DNA of 57,120 nucleotides from Catajapyx aquilonaris (Eukaryota). Both the position numbers and the translations under genes were made by a program. Numbering within the stretch: position 1 is the first letter of the stretch; every line of letters begins with the position of its first letter. The stretch is taken from positions 62,001 to 119,120 of the forward strand of contig KZ538126.1 of the NCBI GenBank assembly GCA_000934665.2. The letters are read 5' to 3'. Below are positions 47,751 to 57,120 of the stretch, in pieces. The notes under the pieces were generated by a model. That model had not been told where the DNA came from. It saw only the letters and a list, made by a program, of their open reading frames with translations, and made no database searches.

Positions 47751-49610
47751 TCACTTTTTGTGTACTCTTCCGAACAGTCCAAACTGACGAGATTTTCTCA
47801 TCCCCTCCTCAAATTTCTTGCCTGTAGAACTTTGGTTCAGCAACTTCTGAAGCAACTTGCGAGTTTCTTGGGATGAGTCGATTGCCTGGTACAGGGCAGT
47901 ATCCCGTTCGGTTGATCCACTTGGCTGTTGTGCTGTAGCAAGGCTGATGGGCCTGAAAATGAGAAGACATGATCTGTTGTAATTTGTAAAATACTGGCTG
48001 TTAAGGACAGGGTTGCCTAAGTTGCTGCAGAATTACACGACATCTGAATCCAGGGAAAGTAAAATCACGTTACTGAACTTTTGATCATCTGCAGTTGCAA
48101 CGTTGTCTTTAAAATTTGCTAGGAAGACCGAAGTCTAATAATATTTTGAGATAAAGTTTAAGCTGGCATGTATCATAGAGTAGTCTCACGACAATTTGTC
48201 ATTTATTGTGGAAGCGCTTTTATCGCCAGTGTAATGTTTTAAGTACAGTCTGCCCCCTTTATCTACGGTAATTAAGCCTTCCCAATTAACTTATCCATAT
48301 TTGGGACTCTCAGCCTGAATATTGCACCTAAACAGTTTGAAGTTGTGAAAGTGGCTGCATTTTATAAACAAATCAAAGGCCATTCTGGCCATTGGAATGA
48401 CTCGGATCTTTTTAGGTACAATACTGGGCCCAAGAGCCCCAAATTAATGGTTATGTGACTTGGACCAAAGAACAGCAGGGAATGTGATATGAGATTATAC
48501 TTACTGGCTGAAATCTTGTGGTTGCTGCTGGTTTCCTCCATCAGGCATTAGGTTGGGTGTGGGATGGACCACAAGTCGTTCCAAAAGTGCTAGTTGTAGG
48601 CAACATTTTTCGAGCTGCTTCAAGGCCTTTCCGAGTGTGTTTTGGCCACTCTTGCTGCTCGCCTCAACTGTCAGTTCCTTGATGGTTTCTTCATGCTGAC
48701 TGATTAATCGCCTCTGCCTGACTATCTCATCTTGTGATCGTTCCACGAGTGTCCTCAGCTCATCTCGTTTCTTGTACAGCCGGTTGTTGTCTTCCTCCAG
48801 GTGCGTGATTGTTGTTCGAAGGGCTTCTGCTTCATCGTGGACCATTTCCGTGAGCGTCGCATCCGTAAAACGAAGCTGAATGATGTCTTCTTGAAGGATG
48901 AACTTATGGCACACTGGACATGTCCTTTCCGTGTTACCCCTGAAATAGGCAAAACAATTGCTGGTTAATGAAATGGTCTGCTCATTTTCCAGTTGTTCTT
49001 TGCATGTGGCATAATTGAGCGATGTGAAGCAATTGTAAGTGAAAGTTTGGAATAAAATACTGCGATCCATAAAGTGATGGCGTGCGAGTCTTGCGAATAA
49101 GAAATGGTAGGCCCTGGGTGATATCACCGTCTGGGACCAATCGCCCAGTCAGTGACATCACCCAGGTCCTACCATTTCTTACTCGCACGGCTTGCACTCA
49201 TCATTTCGATGTGCTCTTCTGCCACCTCGGGAAATGTCGCTAGCAGTATGACGGAATTAATGTCTAGCACTATACCTTAGCTTTTACAATACAGTCCATA
49301 ATTAGAAGACTAGCTTAATTATGTGGATATGCACTTGGTTGCACATTTACATAAATCCAGTAAGGTGAAGTGGAGGAAGTGCACACCCGGGGTAAGTGCA
49401 CATATTGTGCCCCCATATTGGAATGAACAATATGTGCACTTACCCCGGGTGTGCACTTCCCCCACTTCACCTTATAGTAGATACTATTGCATACCTGTCA
49501 AGCCTTGCCCGAATGCAGTCACGGTGATAGAGGTGACCACATCTGGTAGCAGTCATGATCTCCATCCCAGCGTGCAGCTCATCAGAGCAAACAGTACAGA
49601 ACAGCCTCAT
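47751..49610 (-). CDS. RING-H2 + coiled-coil protein, TRAIP/NOPO-like, paralog A
   Basis: Exons 49495-49610, 48505-48939, 47751-47952 give 251 codons. CTVCSD...CGHLYHRDC...RTCPVC, then long heptad repeats. Likely non-coding exon with donor at ~50672. Confidence 0.85.
49071..49206. mobile_element. Fold-back MITE in RING-A intron
   Basis: AAGAAATGGTAGGCCCTGGGTGATATCAC pairs with GTGACATCACCCAGGTCCTACCATTTCTT and extends outward imperfectly. Confidence 0.75.
49363..49472. mobile_element. TA-flanked fold-back MITE (110 bp)
   Basis: TA|AGGTGAAGTGGAGGAAGTGCACACCCGGGGTAAGTGCACATATTGT ... ACAATATGTGCACTTACCCCGGGTGTGCACTTCCCCCACTTCACCT|TA (1 mismatch). Confidence 0.85.
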
Positions 49611-49885
49611 CTTCAGTCAATAACCTGGAATTTTTTTAAAAAAAAGAAGCAATATGAAATATGTGATGGAGGCAGTTACTTTAATATCTCCTGAAAAGTA
49701 GCAATGAAATAATCCTGCCTAGGTAATGGCGAAGCAGCCAAACGTAGAACATATTAAAACATTCAGCACCGCCATTTCCAGTGAGTCGATAACATGACAA
49801 ATAAATAGCCCTGGAAAAGCTTGCATACTGTACATAAAAAGTAGAGTGACTGCAAAACGATATCTTAGCGACATCCTTTATCGTC

Positions 49886-50525
49886 CCTCCGAGTTATATC
49901 GCATTTCCCCATCTCGGGAAGTGCGCATTACATCTCCTTTTCTACAACCCTAGTTGTTATATTCTTTTCATAAAAGGTGCCATTTAAAATCATAGCTATT
50001 ATATCCACAAATACATTTCCCGTCCAGTTTTCAGGATTGCGTTCAAAACTAATGGCTTTCATCATATTCTTAAAATTTGTTGAATTTCTCCCAAATTTAA
50101 TAAATATTATTTGCTTATTAAATACTCCCATACTGAGCACACGTTGCCTACTTTAAAAAAATTACAGCAATAAATCTCTTGGCAATACTCTGAATTTTAG
50201 CCTTCCTCCGAGTTGCATCCATTTTCTCATCTCAGCATGTGCTACGTTTGGACCTCCCTCACAAGCCTACAAGCCTTTGCTATGCTTTTCATCATAATTA
50301 TGTAATTTGAAAGCAACTGTTATACCCACAAAAATACTTTCTATCCTATTTCTACAATCACATTCAAAGCTTATGGCTCTCAACGCATTGCATACACTTA
50401 CTAATCTTCTCGAAACTGTGGTAAATTTCTCCCACATTTGATAAATATTATCCAGGCCTACTCATTCATTTAAATACTCCTCTACAGAGTACTCCTATAT
50501 GCAGAGCAAACATTCGCTATTAAAA
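49886..50525. repeat. Diverged ~300-bp tandem duplication
   Basis: CCTCCGAGTT...CATCTC...AATTTCTCCCA.ATTT.ATAAATATTAT...TTAAATACTCC at ~49886-50156 and ~50206-50525. Confidence 0.65.
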
Positions 50526-50859
50526 TAAATGGTGACGGTTACTTCAGTAGGTTTATATTCTGCATAATAGCCCCATAGCATTCCCGTAACTTTTCCCCAG
50601 TATACGAAGTGGAACCCTCCCCATGAGCCACCAGCAATATCAGTCATTCCCTTCAATACTAATGGAGCTTACCTTTCGGTCGACCCGCAAACGGCTAGCA
50701 GATGAAGAAAAAGTGGTCCGAAGATCCGTCAGCGTCGTGTACCCAGCACACTCGTCAGCACCCGAAAGGGAAAGGGAAAGATGGCGACGCCCGTGGCTTG
50801 AAGGGGGACGCGGGACGCGGGAGCGACTCGCATAAGGCCCGCTGGAGGCGCCTCCAATT

Positions 50860-51173
50860 TCAACGTTCAACAATTAATATCTCGCTAATAACCAATTCCT
50901 TTATAAAACTAAACCCGTGGTTGGATGTGGAATATTATTGGCCGCATTTTGATATATAATGCGTTTTTTAAACTTGCGAATTTCGAAAAATTACGGTGTC
51001 AAATTACGGGAAAAATTACGGGAGTCTTAATTCGAGGGAGAACCACTAGGGCGCACTGATTTTTCATGTTAATCATTTAATATCTCGCTAATGGTTAATT
51101 ATTTAATGAAACTAATTATATGGTGGGTCGTGGAATATTATTGGCTGCCTGGCCATATATAATTCGCATCTTA
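50860..51173. repeat. Duplicated ~110-bp module in the shared RING-A/RING-B promoter
   Basis: TTAATATCTCGCTAAT...AAACTAA...GTGGAATATTATTGGC.GC...ATATATAAT at ~50860-50970 and ~51062-51173. AATTACGG occurs three times between them. Confidence 0.75.
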
Positions 51174-51836
51174 AGTCCGCGGAATTAGGGGAAATGCCTT
51201 TAGACTTTCGGGCCACGCTGCTGCCACTCTGGAAGGGATATCCCCGGCATTACGGGCTCCCCATTACGGGCCACTTCCCTGAAGGAAAGGAGAGGACTTT
51301 TGGACTTGCTGCTTTTCCAAGGGAGATTGTTGGCTGACGAGATTCTTGTAGCTGTTGAACGAAGGTGAGTTGAGACTGGTGGTTGGGTGAAGGGGAATAG
51401 TTCTTTTGGAGAAGGGAAAACTGAGGGTTTATTTGTGGGGGGAATGTAGAGAATAGGGCGTTTCTGCCATCTTGGTTTCCGAGGGTAATATTTTGGTATG
51501 TAGGCCTACATTTGTGAGGAGCTGCAGGTAATGGGTTGGTGGTTATAAGGGGATTTGGCCACAGGAGATAGGGACTCATGGTGAATGACTGTTGCCCGAT
51601 TGCACCAACCGAAATTACCGATTCGATAGCTTCTAATGGATCGTTAGGAGCCCTTTTAGCGTGTGCTAACGATCTGTTAGGAGCTATCGAATCGGTAATT
51701 TCGTGGGTGCAAGCGGGCATAAGACTTATGTTCTTGGGGGTGTGGATAAGATAGTAGGTAAAATCAGGGTTTACTGGCAATAGCTTGTGATTGCAATGAT
51801 ATTTATGTTCTATATTCTTGACCTGCAGGAGGCACC

Positions 51837-53431
51837 ATGAAGCTTCAGTGCAGCGTGTGTTTGGAGGAATTCTGCCCATCGTCCGTCATCATGGTTGGTC
51901 GCTGTGGGCACCTTTTCCACAAAGATTGCATGGAGCGCTGGGTTGCAAGGTAATTTAACCCTAATTCTCGTTTCTAATTTATAATTGCCCTAACTGTCAC
52001 AATGATGCATCAGCAAAGTAACATGACCAGTCCTGAGGGGTAAATGAATAAGATATTCAACGTTGCAAATTAATGCATGTAAGCTTTGCAGCGATGTAAG
52101 TTCGGTGTTTCTTTTTATTCTCGAAACATTTCACTACAGTACAGTACTATATTATTAAAACTATTCTGATTTAGTAATAATTTTGTAGCTCGGAACCAAT
52201 TACTTGTAGATATGGGGAATGGGGGACTGACTGTCTATATTGGCAATATAATTAGTTGCAAACATGCTAATTTTTGCAAATGTCTATTCAGCTCTGAGAG
52301 AACGCTTGGACGAGTCGGCACCTGCACATGCCCAATTTGCCGTACGATGTTGCTCCGAGATAAGTTTATTCGAGTCATCCATTCAGAAGGGATGGCAGTA
52401 GGTGGGGTAGAGGAAGACCCAGCAGTGCTTAAGGAATCTATTTACCGTCTGAAGGATGACATCAAGTACATGAGCCACGACCACAGCAGAATGAAGCTGG
52501 CCATGTTTCGCTGCCAGCAGCATTTGGCTATGCTTGAGCGGGAGATTGCTGAGAAGAACCTCACAATCGCAGCTTTGAGGGAACAGGTGTCCAGCAGAAA
52601 GGCTAAGGAAAATGTTGCCGAAACATTAGTGGAGCTAGAAAGGTGTACCGAGATGCTGGCAACCCTTTCACGACTTCTGTCATCCCCACCAGCAGCGATG
52701 AACATAAAGTAAGTCATGCTTTTAGCAATAAAATTATGGTAGGAACAAGTAAATCATAGCAGAGTTTTGTGCTTCTAGCTATTAATGATTTATTATAATT
52801 CATTTATTGGAATATGTATGTCTTGCATTCAAAAAGTTATCTGGAAATTTATTATAGCTGTATGTTTTGATTTGGCATTTTTTGCAAAAAGGCTGTATTT
52901 GCAATGTGTTAACATCTCTGTGCTATAGAAATTTGAGTCAAACATGTAAGCATGATTTCTGCAAACATTATCTGAGGTGAATATTGTGGTGTGCCGTATA
53001 AATAAGAAGCATTACTTAACCTTTCATGTAAATGTATGTGAGCATTATAATTGATAGCATGTCCATTGATTATGATATCACCAAGAGCATTTTTGTATGG
53101 AGTCACTGCAATATCATGAAATGAAATCATCTCATTTATTTTACCAATGCATTTTGTTATTTTTAGCCCAGCCTCTGCAGAAGGGAACAGTGTTGGACTC
53201 ACCAGCTTTGCAAGAAATGACATGGATGAGGTGATCTATGATGCTGTTGACTCAGTGCATGAAGCACGCCACTTGCTCCAGGAAGCTATGGTCTTAATGC
53301 CCGATGGAGAGTCTACCATGGAGCAGGAGTCTCAGGGTCTGATTCCTTCAAATCAAAGAAGGTCCTCCATGCAACAAGGGGGAAGCGAAAACGCGTTTGT
53401 GAAGTTCTTCTCAAGATTTAGTCGGAGCTAG
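51837..53431 (+). CDS. RING-H2 + coiled-coil protein, TRAIP/NOPO-like, paralog B
   Basis: Exons 51837-51949, 52292-52708, 53167-53431 give 265 codons. CSVCLEEF...CGHLFHKDCMERW...TCPICR, then coiled coil. Likely non-coding exon with donor at 51365. Confidence 0.87.
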
Positions 53432-56040
53432 TTTACATTGACATTGTATTGTGATATTATGATCTGATAGTGTCCTGCTTTTGAGCGCAAATTAACAAAG
53501 AATGGGACTGTGTGTGTAGCAATTTTCACATGAATACTTCACGAATTTTTAATGTATCTTTTACAAAGAAAGATGAATTAATTTGCCAAGGATTCTTTAT
53601 TTATAGGAGACAATCTCATTGCTAAACTTTTTCCAAAATGAGGATGAAAAATTTGCTCATTTCGAATTTAATTGTGAAAATGTGTGTATAATTAATCATA
53701 TGCATTTTTGTACTCATATGAATTCAGGATGAAGCTATTGTACATGTTTTAGATTTTTAACATGTACAAAATGTGAAGAATATATTTTGAATGATGTATT
53801 TTCAGGAATTAATTTGTTAACGAACTTGTTATGGACTCCCTATGGACTTGGACCTGATCTTATACTTGATTGCCAATTTTGTGGACAGTGCTCTGTATTT
53901 TAGTACAAATGAACTCAGGAATGAACTGTAAAAGAGAACATTTGTTATTGTACTTGCAATAATTTTTAATGTTCTTTCATGTACATAATATGATGAATTT
54001 GATATTTTTGCCAATTAAATGAGTATATGGTATGTTGTATTTGACATATTGCTTTTCTCTCACTTCACTTTCTTGTTTTCAGAAATAGGGGTAGGTTAGC
54101 CACAATCCAATTTATGGAATCTTTCTGCTATTGCCTAGAACTACGAGGGTGTTAGGTAGGGGTACGTATAATTAGGAAGTTTGTTTGATTGTTTGTAAAA
54201 TTTGCGTTTCATACACTCGAAACTCGATATGCCTTAAAATAGGCCTTACACGAGTAGTATGGAGTCCAGATTTTTAGGCACGAAAATCCCCCGAAATAGG
54301 CATGAAAAAACCTCAAATAGGCACAAAAATTTTACCTTTTCCGGAGTATGGAGGATAATATTAATAAAAAAAGCTAGAATAATTTTATAGGCCTAAACCC
54401 TAAAGTATAAATATAAGGTCACGAACCACAGCAAAAACCGAATAACAACGATAAACTGACAGGAAATACGAACTTTGGGCAAAAGACACAAAAGTGCAAG
54501 CAAGTATCACTTGCTCTGTACTCTACAGCTTATAGCCAGTTTCCACTTGCACAATATGTAGCCAAATATAGACCGAAGTAAGGGCGGGCCACGGCTTTAA
54601 ATAGGGATAAAATTGCTGAGAAAAAATCGCGCAAACTGACAACACCAGAGCCACAATATTTTTTTGTGTGACTTTTTAAGTAGTGTCACGTCACATGCAA
54701 ATGTTCGCCGTACTTTTTCAATATTTTACGTCTTGCAATGGAGTATACTAGCGTTGATGTACTTTCATTATGCCATGTCGAAGAATCACAAATAAGACAA
54801 CTTAGTGCTTTTGTTTGCATTGTTTGATGGAACTGCAATATTACTGGAAAAAAGCAAGTAGAGGAAAAATTAAAATGATGTCGCGAGACTTATTGTATAG
54901 AATAGATGTAACATTGCCCTCAATTTCTTCAGGAGTCAGCATTGATGCACGAGGGACTTTCATTCACTACTGGCATTGTCATATGTACTGTACAGTAGCA
55001 TTGGTGAACATTATCCAGAGCGGGTGAATTGGATTTGGGTGGGAACTTTGACTATAATATTACTGTAGGAGCTTTAAATCATAATAAGTGTGTAACTGGC
55101 TAACTGCACAATTTATTTGCTCTCTTCAATGACATCAGGCCATGTTTCCCGGGCTATCCTTATTTTCTCATGCCCCGTGGCTTCTTTCCTTTCCGATGTT
55201 GAAATTACCAGCTGAAGATGCTTCATAATAATTATTAAGATTTCATCATGTACAGTACCGGTATGCATAAGTTACGTAAGAACTCTATGGGATGAGATAA
55301 TCGGGAGTCTTCCAAAAAAAAACTTACTACTTAGGTATACAAGAATATTTTGACGTTAATTGGCATCAAAAGTTCACCAATACTGCTGCATTAAAATTGA
55401 CCATAATTTATATACCTGTATAATATCATTCCTTTAAAAAATAATTCCTTTTGACTGCTTGGGGCAAATGGTAATATAATTACATGCGTATAAAGGTATG
55501 ACGGCATTGGTTTACGTGATTCTCGCTTACTGCACTACAGTATAATTATTGTAATACCAATTTTCCCATGCCATCGCGTCTCCAGCTCACACAATGACCT
55601 TTTTTCTTTTGATTTTTTAACCCTTACCATTGCGTTATTTGCGCACGCTTGAGGTCACGAATGTCGTGGCGTAAGGTATATTTTTTGCGAAAGTGTAAAA
55701 GTTACGATTTGTTCATATGTTGTAATAATTAAACCTCATTTGATGACAATTGTTTCCTTCAGTTCAAAGAAAATATGCGATTTTTTTGACAAAAACAAGC
55801 TATAGGGTAATGGAAATACGTAGGCTAAATTATCATTACAGCGGATTTTTTTTGTTGTTCAAAAATGATTGGAAATAAAGGATCGGGACGTGAAGATTAT
55901 TACTGAATTTGCAAAATAATTTATGTTTATTAAATGCATAAATTTGAATTTACATGTTAATATGTACAATGTTCACTTATCTTCTGGGGTAATGGACACA
56001 ACGTTTAAATATTCATACACACAATATATTGTAGCCTGGA

Positions 56041-57120
56041 TTATTCCTTGGAAAGCGGCTCCGAATCTCCGTTGCTGATGTCAACGTAAGAGGAACCGTC
56101 AGTGGGGATCAGATGAGAAGTGAACTTGTCCAGCTCTCTGGAAAGTGAGGGGACATTGAATTTAGAGCGGTGCACACCTCACAATATGCAATGCAACAGA
56201 ATGGTGCCATCAGACGAGAGTGTCAACTCACGATTCTGGGTAGTGGTTGAGGACGGAGACGTCCAGACTGGAAACGAAGAGGTGGTCACTGCAGAAGGGG
56301 GCGATGCAGACGGGGTCAAGGAGGTCACGCTGGTAGTCCCACTCCAGCTCCACAGACTTGACCTGACCCACGTTCAGATCCGTCACGTACAGGAAGTCGT
56401 ACGTCTGACCGTGGTAAAACTTCACCTTCGACCTGCGGATGTCGAGAAAAGAACACGTTACACATCGTCTGTCATAAATCGACCGTCCGATGGCGAGAGG
56501 CATGCAATTGAGGTAGTGATTTGCTTTATAAAAGGTGTGACGAGACTCACGGAGTAATGAGAAGGTCGCTGGCTGTCCTCAGACTTCCGTGAATGGTCAG
56601 GCTCAGTGATCCTCGGAGCCAGTCGTGAGACTTGCTTGGCTTGGCCAGGCTTACCCTCACATGGTAATGGTATTCTGGAGAAAACAACAAGAATTAACTT
56701 TATAGCAGATGTCCAACCTATAAGTCGAATTGGACGTAAATGATGAGGACCATTTAAACCACATTGAACTTACTGCTGAAGGAAGCGTCGGATCCAGTCT
56801 CAAAGTACATCCCGACCTCTTTTCGTCCAGTCTTGGAGAAATCAGCTGCCTCCCAGCCCATCTCTGCACAGTGGGTGTTGTCCTGCCCACAGTCAAAGCA
56901 CTTCCCCTGTGGAACGATATTCATTTTGTGCGTGTTACTACACTTAAGTGTATGTTCTCCTCTGCTCCACACATGCCATGCATTACAAGTCTTGTAATGC
57001 ATGGCATGTGTGGAGCAGAGGAGAACATACAGTTGGACTAATCTGTTCTAGACTCACCTGTGTGAAGGTGTCGTAATCTGTGCACTCGTATCCGACGTAT
57101 GGGCAACCGGTGACGAAGGC
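56041..57120 (-). CDS. Pancreatic-lipase-related protein, 3' part (end of lipase domain + PLAT domain); 5' end lies outside the window
   Basis: Exons 57058->57120, 56774-56906, 56551-56674, 56232-56432, 56041-56137, phases matched. CPYVGYECTDYDTFTQGKCFDC....CAEMG...MYFETG; PLAT YHYHVRV...VGQVKSVELEW. Confidence 0.88.
56949..57031. repeat. Perfect 83-bp palindrome (41-bp arms, 1-nt centre) in a 151-nt lipase intron
   Basis: TGTATGTTCTCCTCTGCTCCACACATGCCATGCATTACAAG-T-CTTGTAATGCATGGCATGTGTGGAGCAGAGGAGAACATACA. Confidence 0.95.

Noticed and set aside
48940..49127. N-terminal part of the 208-aa ORF (MISPRAYHFL...)
   Set aside because: Intronic and partly MITE. The true upstream RING exon is 49495-49610, which completes the C3H2C3 motif.
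51250..51879. 209-aa minus-strand ORF
   Set aside because: Antisense to the RING-B 5' exon and intron; no recognisable domain; explained by a G/T-skewed first intron.
54250..54340. TAGGCA subrepeats suggesting a transposon end
   Set aside because: No partner TIR or TSD found.
56120..56557. 145-aa plus-strand ORF
   Set aside because: Antisense to the lipase PLAT exons.

Overview
This is eukaryotic, intron-rich genomic DNA. The gene content (insect/crustacean-type FPPS, Rush/Phafin2, RNASEK, C-type lectins) points to an arthropod, probably pancrustacean; the species cannot be determined. I assembled spliced gene models by hand and checked exon phases. Left to right: 3' end of an ADAMTS9/GON-1-like protease (+), tRNA-Arg(CCT) (-), MAN1/LEMD3 (+), three secreted C-type lectins (+; one is a frameshifted tandem duplicate), an unidentified probably mitochondrial helical protein (+), PLEKHF2/Phafin2 (-) head-to-head with RNASEK (+), two tandem FPPS-family genes (-), a Ty3/gypsy relic, two head-to-head TRAIP-like RING-H2/coiled-coil paralogs, and the 3' end of a pancreatic-lipase-like PLAT gene (-). 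Introns hold many small TIR/fold-back elements. The best candidate for new biology is the FPPS pair. One copy is canonical. The other keeps both DDxxD motifs but has changed several IPP-binding and chain-length residues, the pattern described for insect IDS-derived terpene synthases. There are no prokaryotic systems such as CRISPR arrays or operons. Family assignments come from remembered motifs, not database searches.
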